NCBI GenBank assembly: GCA_028716745.1
Contig: JAQUPE010000003.1
Location: forward strand, 3,779 to 67,778
Length of the DNA: 64,000 nucleotides
Reading direction: 5' to 3'
Origin: Minisyncoccota bacterium
GTDB taxonomy: Bacteria; Patescibacteriota; Minisyncoccia; UBA6257; 02-FULL-45-10c
The translations under genes and the position numbers were made by a program. This document shows, piece by piece, positions 9,082 to 19,034 of this stretch; the stretch's first letter is position 1, and every line of letters begins with the position of its first letter. The notes beneath the pieces were generated by a model. The model was given only the letters and a program-made list of their open reading frames with translations. It was not told the origin of the DNA and did not search any database.

Positions 9082-10542
9082 ATGAAAAAAATAATACTTA
9101 TTAATCCGGCTTTTAATATTGTTAAGTCAAAATACGATACCAGCTTATCGGTTGGGCTTTTGTGTCTGGCTTCTTATTTATATAAAAGGAATTTCCCGGT
9201 GAAAATCGTTGATTGCGCCAGGCAGGGGAATTGGCAGGAAACTTTGGATAAAGAATTGTCGCAGACCGGATATGTTGGCTTGTCGGTTATGACCTCACAG
9301 GTTCCTTCCGCTATTGAGATAGCAAAAAAAATAAGAAAAGCATATCCGAAAATTAAATTAATCTGGGGCGGTCCCCACGTTACATTTTTCCCAAAAGAAG
9401 TTTTGGAAAGCGATTTATCTGATTTTATAGTTTTAAATGAAGGGGAAAAAACTTTGTGGGAGCTTTTGCAGGAGCTTGAAAAAAACAGCGGAGATTTTTC
9501 AAAAATCAGGGGGCTGGGATATAAATCAAGCGGAAAGATTTTCATAAATCCTCCAAGAGAGCTTTTGCCGATGGAGGAAATTCCTTTGCCTAATTGGGAA
9601 TTGGTGCCCAAGGAAATTTTGGAAAGACTGGAAATGGTGCCGACGCATACTTCGCGCGGCTGTCCGCACAGATGCGCTTTTTGCATCAATGCCATTACAA
9701 AAAATCGTTGGAGAATGAGAAGCTCGGAACAGGTCTTAAGCGATATCTCCATAATTGAATCCAAGCCGTTTTTTACAGGAAAGAAACTCCGTTTTTGGGA
9801 CGAGAATTTTTTTGTTGATTTGAGAAGAGTTGCGGAAATTGTGGATGGAATGATTTCAAAGAAACTTATTGTTCCTTGGGAAACTACGATAAGAGCGGAT
9901 TATTTTTCTCTTCCGGATTTAACAGATGAATTTTTGGCGAAGCTTAAAAAATCAGGCTGTTATTTGCTTTCTTTCGGAGCGGAATCGGGATCTATAAAAA
10001 TTTTAAGAAAAATAGATAAAGACATTACAAGGGAGCAGATTTTGAATTCCGCTCGCCGATGCCTGAAATACGGGATAATTCCTCAATATTCATTTATGGT
10101 TGGACTGCCCGGCGAATCAAGAGAGGATATGAATCAGACAATCAGCTTAATAGATGAGTTATTGAAACTCGACGCCAGAGTGCAAATACTCGGCCCGCAG
10201 GCGTTTCGCCCCTATCCAGGCTCTCCTTTATATGAAGAATGCTTGCTATCCGGCTGGAAGGCTCCGGCTGGCTTGGAAGATTGGTCAAATGCCATACTGA
10301 ATGAAATGAGTTATTTGACCCCATACCAGTTTCCCTGGGTAAAAGATCCGGACATGGTGGATTCCTTGGAGGCCTATGCCCGTTTTGGAGCTCAGAGCTT
10401 TAAGAGCGCGCTTGGCTCGACTGTTACTTCGAATAAATTTCTAAAGTTTTTGTTTTCTTTGGTTTGCAGGCTTCGCTGGAAGTTGAGATTTTTTAAATGG
10501 CCTATAGAATATAAATTGGCGAAGAAATATGTTGCTAAATAA
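9082..10542 (+). CDS. B12-binding domain radical SAM protein (class B)
   Basis: N-terminal Rossmann-like B12-binding region is followed by SRGCPHRCAFC (CxxxCxxC radical SAM cluster motif). 486 aa. Confidence 0.75.
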   Translation: MKKIILINPAFNIVKSKYDTSLSVGLLCLASYLYKRNFPVKIVDCARQGNWQETLDKELSQTGYVGLSVMTSQVPSAIEIAKKIRKAYPKIKLIWGGPHVTFFPKEVLESDLSDFIVLNEGEKTLWELLQELEKNSGDFSKIRGLGYKSSGKIFINPPRELLPMEEIPLPNWELVPKEILERLEMVPTHTSRGCPHRCAFCINAITKNRWRMRSSEQVLSDISIIESKPFFTGKKLRFWDENFFVDLRRVAEIVDGMISKKLIVPWETTIRADYFSLPDLTDEFLAKLKKSGCYLLSFGAESGSIKILRKIDKDITREQILNSARRCLKYGIIPQYSFMVGLPGESREDMNQTISLIDELLKLDARVQILGPQAFRPYPGSPLYEECLLSGWKAPAGLEDWSNAILNEMSYLTPYQFPWVKDPDMVDSLEAYARFGAQSFKSALGSTVTSNKFLKFLFSLVCRLRWKLRFFKWPIEYKLAKKYVAK

Positions 10543-10550
10543 ATACTAAG

Positions 10551-11246
10551 ATGAAAAAAACCAACGAAGAATTAAAAAAGATTATTGATGAAAAGGCGCC
10601 CGGAAGCCCGGAAGAAAAAAACTGGGCTTTTAATGTTTTGTTCAAAGATTGGGCGAATATGCACGAATATATTTATAAAAGATTCAATGTTGATTTTGGA
10701 ATGAATATTCTGGACATCGGCAGCAATTATGGGCAAAACTTTATTCATTTTGGAAAAGACTCTCTCGGCGTCGAGATAAATCAAAAGGCGGTGGAATTTG
10801 CAAAATCGCTGGGGCTCAAAGTTGCTTCAATCAATGCTGAAGACGATTTAAAATCAATTAATCAGAAATTCAATCTTATCTGGTGCACCGATTTTTTGGT
10901 GCATGTAGCCAGCCCTTATAAGTTTTTATACGATAGCCGCAAGTTGCTGGAGGATAAGGGAAAAATTATTATTCAGATTCCTCTTATGTCAATATTCAAC
11001 AGGCATAAATCAGGCTGCCATCTTTATGCTTTTAATAAAAAAGCGCTTTTGTATTTAATGGAAATGGCCGGTTATAAAATTATTAAAACCTCCGGCTATA
11101 TAAGAAAAAAGCCGAAATGGTTTAATTTTATTTTTGAACCGCTTCTTCAGATTTATGGAGGAAATATCTGGGTATTGGCGGAGAAAAAAGAAGGCACTCC
11201 TTTTAATTTGCAAAAGGTTTTTATGCCGAAATGGTTTGAAATTTAA
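10551..11246 (+). CDS. Class I SAM-dependent methyltransferase (divergent)
   Basis: ILDIGSNYGQNF (motif I-like Gly-rich loop) and an overall Rossmann MTase layout. Low similarity. Confidence 0.45.
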   Translation: MKKTNEELKKIIDEKAPGSPEEKNWAFNVLFKDWANMHEYIYKRFNVDFGMNILDIGSNYGQNFIHFGKDSLGVEINQKAVEFAKSLGLKVASINAEDDLKSINQKFNLIWCTDFLVHVASPYKFLYDSRKLLEDKGKIIIQIPLMSIFNRHKSGCHLYAFNKKALLYLMEMAGYKIIKTSGYIRKKPKWFNFIFEPLLQIYGGNIWVLAEKKEGTPFNLQKVFMPKWFEI

Positions 11247-11258
11247 ACGTTAAATAAA

Positions 11259-12023
11259 ATGGACTGGAAAAAATTAGAACAACCCTATTATCTTAGGTCA
11301 AAAAAATATGAAGGAGGAAAATACTTATCCTTGAACAGAAAGCATAAGGGCGTTTTAGAATATTTGGATTTTGCTTTGGAGAAAATCAATAAAGACGGCG
11401 TTGATTTCTGCGACGCTGGATGCGGGAACGGAATATATCTTAAATTTTTAAAGGAAAATAGAACTGGATTGGCGAGCCTGTGCGGCTTTGATTTTTCGGA
11501 AAAAATCGTTGAATTGGCAAAGGAAAACACGGGTTTAGAGGAGATTAAGATCGGAAACCTTGAAAATGCTCCTTTTGGGAATGAAAAATTTGATCTGATA
11601 TTATGCACTCAGGTAATAGAGCATTTATTGGAAGATAAAAGGGGAATTGCGGAGTTATATAGGATGTTGAGAAAAGGCGGGTATTTGGTAATAAGCACAG
11701 ATAATACATATAATATTATCTCCGAGTTCTTAAATTTGCCGTTTAGAATTTTGTCTTTGCCTTACGCCTTGCTTAAAAAGATTTTTAGGGATAAAAAATA
11801 TTTTCCTCATAAATCTTACTCGATTAAAGAATTCAAGAATTTAATCGGTGTTGGAAATTTTGAAATAGAAAAAGTTTCGACATTCAGATTTTCTATGCCG
11901 TTCCCGTTTTATAAGATCAAGGCAATGAGAGACACAATAGATTTTTTTGAAATGATTTGCGGAAAAATTGGAATTTTCAAAAATAATGGAGATATAGTAA
12001 TCGCTTTGTGCAAAAAAATATGA
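11259..12023 (+). CDS. Class I SAM-dependent methyltransferase
   Basis: DAGCGNGIYLKFL (motif I), FDLILCTQVIEHL (motif II) and LRKGGYLVIST (motif III). Confidence 0.65.
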   Translation: MDWKKLEQPYYLRSKKYEGGKYLSLNRKHKGVLEYLDFALEKINKDGVDFCDAGCGNGIYLKFLKENRTGLASLCGFDFSEKIVELAKENTGLEEIKIGNLENAPFGNEKFDLILCTQVIEHLLEDKRGIAELYRMLRKGGYLVISTDNTYNIISEFLNLPFRILSLPYALLKKIFRDKKYFPHKSYSIKEFKNLIGVGNFEIEKVSTFRFSMPFPFYKIKAMRDTIDFFEMICGKIGIFKNNGDIVIALCKKI

Positions 12024-13450
12024 TAACTCTTATCCAAATAAATTACAGCGAGGATCACTCGGAAAAAATATTGCCGCTGGGCATTCTTTCGGTTGGAAGC
12101 GCGCTTAAAAAGAAGGGATATGATGTTCAGCTTATAAATATTAATGAAAGGCAGATAAATAGTACGGCAGAAAAAATTGCGGCAATGAAGCCCGACTTTA
12201 TAGGCATTTCAGTAATGACGGGAATTCAAACCCAGCATAGCGCCGAGTTTTCAAAGAAAATAAAACAATTGGGCAATATCCCGATAGTGTGGGGTGGAAT
12301 ACATCCGACTTTGTTGCCGGATCAGTGCATAAAAGAAGAATATATAGATTATGTAATTTATGGCGAAGGAGAAATAACCACTTTGGAATTTGCGGAGAAA
12401 TTTTATAAGGATAAGAATTTCAGCGGAATTTTGGGATTAATTTATAAAAAGGACGGCAAGATTATTACAAATTCCGAAAGGCCGCTTATTGAGAATCTGG
12501 ACGCCTGGAGGCTGGATTTCAGCTTGATTGATATGAATCAGTTTATTTTTCCTTTGAGCAAATATAAAAGGGTTATCGCTTATAAATCCAGCAGGGGATG
12601 TCCGTTTGGCTGCGCTTTTTGCTATAACTTCAAATTTAATAAAAGCAGATGGAGGGTTTGGTCTGAAGACGCGGTTATGGAAGATATAAATTTTTTGAAG
12701 GAAAAATATAAAATAGACGCGATAAAGTTTTATGACGATAATTTTTTTGTGGACAAAGAGCGTGCACTTTCATTGTTATCAAAAATAAATTTGCCGTGCC
12801 ATTTGGAAATAAGAATAGATTTTATAGATGATGAGCTGGTGGCTAAGCTGAAAAACTTTAATATTTTTGACATGCTTATCGGACTTGAATCGGGATCTGA
12901 AAGGATGCTTCAGCTGATTGATAAGCGTTTTACAGTTGAAAGATTGCTTCAGGGAGTGAGAAGCATAGCCAAATATGGATTGCATGCCACCTATTCTTTT
13001 ATAGTGGGACTGCCATCGGAAACAGAAAAAGATTTTAATGAAACAATCAGCGTAATGAATCAGGTTTATAAAATTCATCCTCAGGCGGGATTTACTGTTG
13101 GCGCTTATCTGCCGTATCCGGGATCAAAACTTTATGATTTCAGCTTGATGCAGGGGTTTGTTCCGCCGCAGAGAACTGAGGATTGGGGGAAAATAGACCG
13201 GTTTAGAAAGGATTTTAATTCTCCTTGGGTTAATGTAAGGAAAGTCTGGGTCATCAGAGAGTGCTTTAAGATTTTAAGCTGGGATCTGAAGATATTGAAA
13301 AAATGGTTTGAATTCAGAATAAGCCATAATTTTTATTCTTTTCCTATAGATATTTATGTCGTTGAATTTTTGGCCGGCATAGCGATAGAGGAGAAGTGGT
13401 TTGTGGGTAAGTTAATGCGCCGTTTATACAATAAATTAAGGAATAGATGA
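12008..13450 (+). CDS. B12-binding domain radical SAM protein (class B), paralog 2
   Basis: SRGCPFGCAFCYNF CxxxCxxC motif. Same architecture as the 9082 gene. Confidence 0.75.
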   Translation: MQKNMITLIQINYSEDHSEKILPLGILSVGSALKKKGYDVQLININERQINSTAEKIAAMKPDFIGISVMTGIQTQHSAEFSKKIKQLGNIPIVWGGIHPTLLPDQCIKEEYIDYVIYGEGEITTLEFAEKFYKDKNFSGILGLIYKKDGKIITNSERPLIENLDAWRLDFSLIDMNQFIFPLSKYKRVIAYKSSRGCPFGCAFCYNFKFNKSRWRVWSEDAVMEDINFLKEKYKIDAIKFYDDNFFVDKERALSLLSKINLPCHLEIRIDFIDDELVAKLKNFNIFDMLIGLESGSERMLQLIDKRFTVERLLQGVRSIAKYGLHATYSFIVGLPSETEKDFNETISVMNQVYKIHPQAGFTVGAYLPYPGSKLYDFSLMQGFVPPQRTEDWGKIDRFRKDFNSPWVNVRKVWVIRECFKILSWDLKILKKWFEFRISHNFYSFPIDIYVVEFLAGIAIEEKWFVGKLMRRLYNKLRNR

Positions 13451-14550
13451 AAGTTTTAATTATAAATTTAGACAAGGGTATTTTTAAGCAAGAATCGGCC
13501 GTGTTGGAAAAGCTCCGAAAACACAGCCGTTTTTTTGATAAATTTTTTACGATTACCTGGACTTTAAAAAATGACAAAGTCATTATTGAAAATAATTTAG
13601 CGGCTTACCCGACTAATTCTATCGCGAAGATTTTTTACATTTTTGATACATTGAGGATTTTTAAGAAATTTATAGCGAAGGAAAAGATAGATTTAGTTTC
13701 GGCTCAAGATCCTTTTGAAACAGGCCTGGCTGCCTGGATGGTAAGCAGGCTGTTTAAGATTCCTTTGCATTTGCAGGTACATACGGATGTTTTTAGCCCA
13801 TATTTTTGGAAAGATTCGTTTTCAAATAAAATCAGAGTTTTGCTGGCTAAATTTTTACTGCCTAAGGCCGATGGAATAAGAGTAGTTTCCGAAAGAATAA
13901 AAAAATCTTTCGCCGGACTAAATCTTAAAACCGAGCCGGTTGTTTTATCGATATTTGTAGATGCTTCTAAAATCCAAAGAGCGGAAATAAAAAGCGATTT
14001 GCGGAAAAAATATCCGCAATACGATTTTATTATTTTAACAGCCTCGCGTTTTACCAAGGAAAAGAATATCGGCTTATCTATTGGGGCCATGAAGGAAATC
14101 GTAAAAAGGCATCCGAAAACAGGATTGGTAATAGCCGGTTCCGGTCCAGAAGAGAATAAGCTGAAGGTAATGGTTGAAAAATCGGGATTAAATAATAATG
14201 TTGTTTTTGAGCCATGGACTAAAGATTTGGCTTCTTATTATAAAAGCGCCGATTTGTTTATTTTGACTTCTAATTATGAAGGGTATGGTTTGGTGGTAGA
14301 GGAGGCGATGATTGCCGGCTTGCCGGTGGTAATGACGGATGTCGGCTTGGCCGGAGAAATCGTGAAAAATGAAATTAACGGGATTATTGTTCCGGTTGGA
14401 GATGCCGATAGATTAATTAACGCAGTTAATTTATTATTAGAGAACGGAGAAAAAAGGAAGAATTTGGCCGAAAAAGCCTTAAAAATTTCGGCAGATCTGC
14501 CCGAAGAAGAACAGATAATAAGACAGTCGCTAGTCGTAAAAAATTTATAA
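13447..14550 (+). CDS. GT4 family glycosyltransferase
   Basis: YEGYGLVVEEAMIAGLPVVMTDVGLAGEIV motif. Confidence 0.7.
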   Translation: MKVLIINLDKGIFKQESAVLEKLRKHSRFFDKFFTITWTLKNDKVIIENNLAAYPTNSIAKIFYIFDTLRIFKKFIAKEKIDLVSAQDPFETGLAAWMVSRLFKIPLHLQVHTDVFSPYFWKDSFSNKIRVLLAKFLLPKADGIRVVSERIKKSFAGLNLKTEPVVLSIFVDASKIQRAEIKSDLRKKYPQYDFIILTASRFTKEKNIGLSIGAMKEIVKRHPKTGLVIAGSGPEENKLKVMVEKSGLNNNVVFEPWTKDLASYYKSADLFILTSNYEGYGLVVEEAMIAGLPVVMTDVGLAGEIVKNEINGIIVPVGDADRLINAVNLLLENGEKRKNLAEKALKISADLPEEEQIIRQSLVVKNL

Positions 14551-14555
14551 CATTT

Positions 14556-15197
14556 ATGGAAAAGGGAATAGAATCGGTTTATAAGCATCATCATCAAAAT
14601 AGGCCTCCGGAGTTCGCCGTCTTTGGGGATGCGCGCGGAAATTTTTTCAGCAGCCAAATAGGAAAAGGAAAAAAAGTCTTGGATTTGGGATGTCGAGATG
14701 GTACTTTGGCGAAATATTTTTTGGAAGGCAATAGGGTTTGGGGAATTGATATAGATAATGAAGCGCTTGGCAGGGCGGCGGAAAAAGGAATAACAACTCG
14801 CCAGGTGGACTTAAATGGTTCCTGGGATATTTTAAATGGAGAAAAATTTGATGCCGTGGTAGCGGCCGAAGTGCTGGAGCATCTTTATTTTCCGGAAATT
14901 GTTTTGGATAAAATAAACGATGTTCTTAATTCCGGCGGAGTGCTGGTTGGCTCTATTCCGAATGCATTCAGTTTGAAAAATAGGATAAGATTATTGCTTG
15001 GAAAAAAGAGATATACCACATTAGGCGATCCGACCCACATAAATCATTTCAGTTTCAATGATTTGAACAATGCCTTGAAAAAAAAGTTTACAGAGGTCAA
15101 AATAAAGCCATTGGTCAGGAAGCCCTTTGGCCCTATAGCCAGGCTTATGCCGGGCCTAATAGCTTACGATTTTATCTTTTCAGCTAAAAAAATATGA
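14556..15197 (+). CDS. Class I SAM-dependent methyltransferase
   Basis: VLDLGCRDGTLAKYF (motif I), DAVVAAEVLEHLYFPE (motif II) and GGVLVGSIPN. Confidence 0.65.
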   Translation: MEKGIESVYKHHHQNRPPEFAVFGDARGNFFSSQIGKGKKVLDLGCRDGTLAKYFLEGNRVWGIDIDNEALGRAAEKGITTRQVDLNGSWDILNGEKFDAVVAAEVLEHLYFPEIVLDKINDVLNSGGVLVGSIPNAFSLKNRIRLLLGKKRYTTLGDPTHINHFSFNDLNNALKKKFTEVKIKPLVRKPFGPIARLMPGLIAYDFIFSAKKI

Positions 15198-15892
15198 AAA
15201 AATTATCAATAATAATGCCGGCCTATAATGAGAAAGGCACAATAGAAGAAATTATCAGCCGGATAAAAAAAGTTAATTTGGAAGGAATAGAAAAGGAAAT
15301 AATAGTCGTCGATGACGGCTCCAAGGATGGTACTAGGGAAATTTTGAGAAATATCCCGGATATCAAATATTTTTTCCATGAAAATAATCTTGGCAAGGGA
15401 GGGGCGACTAAGACAGGCCTTCAAGAAGCCACTGGCGACATTTTAATTATTCAAGATGCGGATTTGGAGTATGATCCCGAGGATTACAAAAAAATGCTCA
15501 AGCCGATTTTAAACGGACAGGCAGATGTTGTTTATGGTTCAAGATTTCTGACGGGGGAGCCCAAAAGAGTTTTGTTTTTCTGGCATCTCTTGGGCAATCT
15601 TTTTTTGACATTTCTTTCAAATTTATTTACCAGTCTGACTTTAACCGATATGGAGACTTGCTATAAGATGTTTAAAAAAGAAGTGGCGGATTCTTTTAAG
15701 GATAAATTAGAATCAAAGAGATTCGGCATAGAGCCGGAATTGACCGCCAGAATAGCAAAAGGAAACTGGAGAATATATGAAGTAGGAATTGCTTATTACG
15801 GAAGATCTTACAATGAGGGCAAAAAAATAAATTGGAAAGACGGCGTTGCCGCTATTTGGCACATAATAAGATTTAATTTGTTTACTAAATGA
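15194..15892 (+). CDS. GT2 family glycosyltransferase (Dpm1/GtrB-like)
   Basis: LSIIMPAYNEKGTIEE...VVDDGSKDGT...IQDADLEYDPED. GT2 DXD architecture, 232 aa. Confidence 0.7.
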   Translation: MKKLSIIMPAYNEKGTIEEIISRIKKVNLEGIEKEIIVVDDGSKDGTREILRNIPDIKYFFHENNLGKGGATKTGLQEATGDILIIQDADLEYDPEDYKKMLKPILNGQADVVYGSRFLTGEPKRVLFFWHLLGNLFLTFLSNLFTSLTLTDMETCYKMFKKEVADSFKDKLESKRFGIEPELTARIAKGNWRIYEVGIAYYGRSYNEGKKINWKDGVAAIWHIIRFNLFTK

Positions 15893-17304
15893 AAAGATTA
15901 AAAGTATTACTGATGAGGCCCGATTCTAGGTCGGATGAATTAATACCCCCGTTCGGTTTGGGGTATTTAATTACGGCTGCGAGAAAAAAACATGATGTTG
16001 AAATTTTGGACGGCATTAAAGAAAAATTAACGCCGGAAAAATTTAGAGAGATTTTAAAAGATAAAAAGTATGATGTGATAGGAATTCAAATTTTTACTTT
16101 TCACGTTATTTCGGTAAAAGAATATGTAAAAGTAATAAAAGAAGTGCTGCCTGAGGCAAAAATAGTATTTGGCGGACCGCATCCGTCTTGCGCTTATGCC
16201 AATATTTTCCAGCTTTTTCCTAATATAGATTGGGCCTTTAGAGGAGAGGCAGAAGTTGGCTTGGCAAAGCTATTGGATTTAATAGCGGAAAATAAGGAAG
16301 CCGATAGAAATAAGCTGATGGAAGTGCCTGGCCTCATATGGAGAATAGACGGCCGGACAGTGGCAAATCAGCAGTTGTTTGTTGAAGATTTAGATGAACT
16401 GGGGATGCCGAGCTGGGATATTTTAAAGCCGAATACTTATCCTTTGGCTCCTCATGGAGGGTTTTTCAAAAACTATCCGATTGCTCCGATTATCATTACT
16501 CGCGGATGCCCGTTTTCCTGCACTTATTGTGCCGGTTATTTGGTTAGCGGAAAGAAAATAAGATTTAGAAGCGTTGATAAAGTTATGGAAGAAATAAAGT
16601 GGCTTTACAACGAATACGGCATAAGAGAAATCCATATTGAAGACGATAATTTTACTTTCAATCCTGATTTCGTAAGAGAGTTTTGCAGAAAGATGAAGGA
16701 GTCCGGACTTGGAATAACCTGGACTTGTCCGAATGGAGTGCGTTTGGATACTTTGACGGAAGATCTTCTTTTGACGATGAAAGATGCGGGGCTTTACAGT
16801 ATTTCCGTAGGAATAGAATCCGGTTCGGAAAGAATATTGAAAGAAATGAAAAAAAGTTTGACCAAGGATGTAATAAGAGAAAAAGTCAGTCTGATTAAAA
16901 AGTGCGGTTTGGAAATTTCCGGATTTTTTATCATCGGTTATCCGGGAGAAACAATAAAAGATATAACAGAGACAATTGATTTTTCAATTGAGCTCGGACT
17001 TAAAAGGGCAGGATTTTCTCTTTTCAAGCCGTTTCCCGGAACGGAAATTACGAGAAAGCTAGTGGAAAGCGGGGAGCTCAAAGAAATGTCCGACGAGGAT
17101 TGGAGCAGATTTGTTTTGGCCGATGCCGTTTATGCTCCGCAGGGATTTACCAGAGAGCAGATGAAAGGATTGAGAAAAAAAGCTTTGAGAAGATTTTATT
17201 TCAGGCCGAAAATAGTTATAAAGTTTTTCAGCGAAGTGAGAAACATACAGCATTTAAAGATTGTTTTAAAAAGGATTTACAGCTGGCTATTTAAGGCTAA
17301 ATAA
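15889..17304 (+). CDS. B12-binding domain radical SAM protein (class B), paralog 3
   Basis: TRGCPFSCTYCAG motif with an N-terminal B12-binding-like domain. Confidence 0.75.
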   Translation: MKRLKVLLMRPDSRSDELIPPFGLGYLITAARKKHDVEILDGIKEKLTPEKFREILKDKKYDVIGIQIFTFHVISVKEYVKVIKEVLPEAKIVFGGPHPSCAYANIFQLFPNIDWAFRGEAEVGLAKLLDLIAENKEADRNKLMEVPGLIWRIDGRTVANQQLFVEDLDELGMPSWDILKPNTYPLAPHGGFFKNYPIAPIIITRGCPFSCTYCAGYLVSGKKIRFRSVDKVMEEIKWLYNEYGIREIHIEDDNFTFNPDFVREFCRKMKESGLGITWTCPNGVRLDTLTEDLLLTMKDAGLYSISVGIESGSERILKEMKKSLTKDVIREKVSLIKKCGLEISGFFIIGYPGETIKDITETIDFSIELGLKRAGFSLFKPFPGTEITRKLVESGELKEMSDEDWSRFVLADAVYAPQGFTREQMKGLRKKALRRFYFRPKIVIKFFSEVRNIQHLKIVLKRIYSWLFKAK

Positions 17305-17309
17305 TTTTT

Positions 17310-19019
17310 ATGACTACTGTTTTGAATTTTATGAATCGGCACAAGATTTTGCTCTTGATTTTAGCCGCCGCATTTTTAATAAGAATTGTCGGCATTGGAT
17401 ATGGCTTGCCCCACGAATTTATCGGTGATGAATTTGTGCAGGTGGCTGTGTCTTTAAAAATGATTGATGCCAAAGCGCTTACGCCGAATTTCCCGACTAT
17501 TTTTTATCATCAGCCCCTTAGCGCTTACATTTCGGCCTTGGGAATCGGCGCATATTTATTTTTCCAATTGATTTTTGGAAAGTTTGGAAGCATTGCGGCG
17601 ATGAGGGATTATTATATTGTTCATCCGACGGATCTCCTTATTGTTACTCGTTTTATGGCGGTGCTGTGCGGGGCTTTGACTGTATGGCTCTTATATTTAA
17701 TAGGCAGGGATTTGTTTAATAGGCGTGCCGGTTTAATAGCGGCATTTTTGGGGGTCTTTGATTTTTTGTTCATATATAACCAGCATACGGGAAGAGTTTG
17801 GAGCTATATGTCGGTTTTTATCGCTTTGGCTTTATGGGCGAGCGTTAAGCTGTTTAAAGAGGATAAATTCAAAAATTATCTATTGTCGGCCGGGGCTTCG
17901 TTGCTGGCGGCCGCTAATTTGCTGCCCGGGCTTTTGACGTTTATTCCTTCGGTGGTAGCGAGGTTTAAATGGAATAACAAAAAAATATGGATTGCTTTTG
18001 GAGCGATTATTTTGGGGCTGATTTTAATCTTTCTTATGAGTCCGCGCGGATTTGGGGCGGTGTTTTTCCGTTTTGATATTTTCAGCGGGAGTAAGATTTT
18101 AGAAACGGTGGCAAAAACGACGGTTGAATATCAGGTGGCGCCGACGCCGGTTTTTAACAGGATATTTGATACATTCATCACCTTATTCAATTATTTACCG
18201 GTTTATTTTATTTTGTTTTTGGCAGGTATGGCATTTTTATGGAGAGAAGACAGAAAGAAGTTTTTCTTTTTCGCTTCTTTTCCTTTTTTCTATTATCTTT
18301 TTATAGGCCCGTTTTATACTTTTGGCTGGGTAGCGCGGTGCATGGTTCCTTTCTCCGTTTATTTTGTTTTGGGCTCGGCTTATTTGCTGGATTTATTGGC
18401 TAAAAAATATTTTAATGATTCTAAAAAAGTTTTGATTATCGGCGTGCTGGCGGTTTCCTTACCGTCAATTGTTATGTCGGTTTTGTTTGACGTGAAAATT
18501 TCTAGAGACGACACAAGAACTCAATCCGTTAATTGGATTTATAAAAATCTTCCGGAAGATTCCAGAATTATAGATTATTCGGGAACCGATGAAGTTATAA
18601 ACCAGGACAGGGGAATTTTGGAATTAATGAAGAAAACCGGGGTTAAGGAACTGAGCACTAAGCAGAAGTTTTTGTTGTCGGCTGGCGACGAGGCATATCC
18701 GCGTCCGGAATATTTTGTTTTGGATTTGAGGGAATTTAATCCAGGCCTGATGGAAAAGGATTTTTTTAAAAATAATAAATTTATTTATTACAGAAAAACC
18801 GATTGGGGAAGCAAGACAACGGAAGATTTCGGATACTTGCTGGAAGGAGCATTTGCCAAAAAAGAGCTGATTGCCAAATTTTCTCCATTTGCCGATGGGG
18901 TTAGCTACGGACCGGAAGATCTCGGAAACGTTCATGATATGCAATACCCGATTCTTCCTCTTATTAAAGCTCAGAGATTTGGACCCGTGGTGGAAGTATA
19001 CAAAATCAGTTTTAAGTAG
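17310..19019 (+). CDS. GT-C fold polytopic membrane glycosyltransferase (PMT_2/ArnT-like), second copy
   Basis: Multi-TM protein with the loop-1 GDE motif (EFIGDEFVQV) and a large C-terminal soluble domain. Confidence 0.55.
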   Translation: MTTVLNFMNRHKILLLILAAAFLIRIVGIGYGLPHEFIGDEFVQVAVSLKMIDAKALTPNFPTIFYHQPLSAYISALGIGAYLFFQLIFGKFGSIAAMRDYYIVHPTDLLIVTRFMAVLCGALTVWLLYLIGRDLFNRRAGLIAAFLGVFDFLFIYNQHTGRVWSYMSVFIALALWASVKLFKEDKFKNYLLSAGASLLAAANLLPGLLTFIPSVVARFKWNNKKIWIAFGAIILGLILIFLMSPRGFGAVFFRFDIFSGSKILETVAKTTVEYQVAPTPVFNRIFDTFITLFNYLPVYFILFLAGMAFLWREDRKKFFFFASFPFFYYLFIGPFYTFGWVARCMVPFSVYFVLGSAYLLDLLAKKYFNDSKKVLIIGVLAVSLPSIVMSVLFDVKISRDDTRTQSVNWIYKNLPEDSRIIDYSGTDEVINQDRGILELMKKTGVKELSTKQKFLLSAGDEAYPRPEYFVLDLREFNPGLMEKDFFKNNKFIYYRKTDWGSKTTEDFGYLLEGAFAKKELIAKFSPFADGVSYGPEDLGNVHDMQYPILPLIKAQRFGPVVEVYKISFK

Positions 19020-19034
19020 TTATATTATTAATAT

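Noticed and set aside
9082-17304. Possibility that the B12-radical SAM paralogs belong to a RiPP (modified peptide) cluster
   Set aside because: No small precursor-peptide ORFs, leader peptidase, or RiPP recognition element genes were found. The genes are contiguous with overlapping stop/start codons and sit among glycosyltransferases, so a glycan-tailoring role is more parsimonious.
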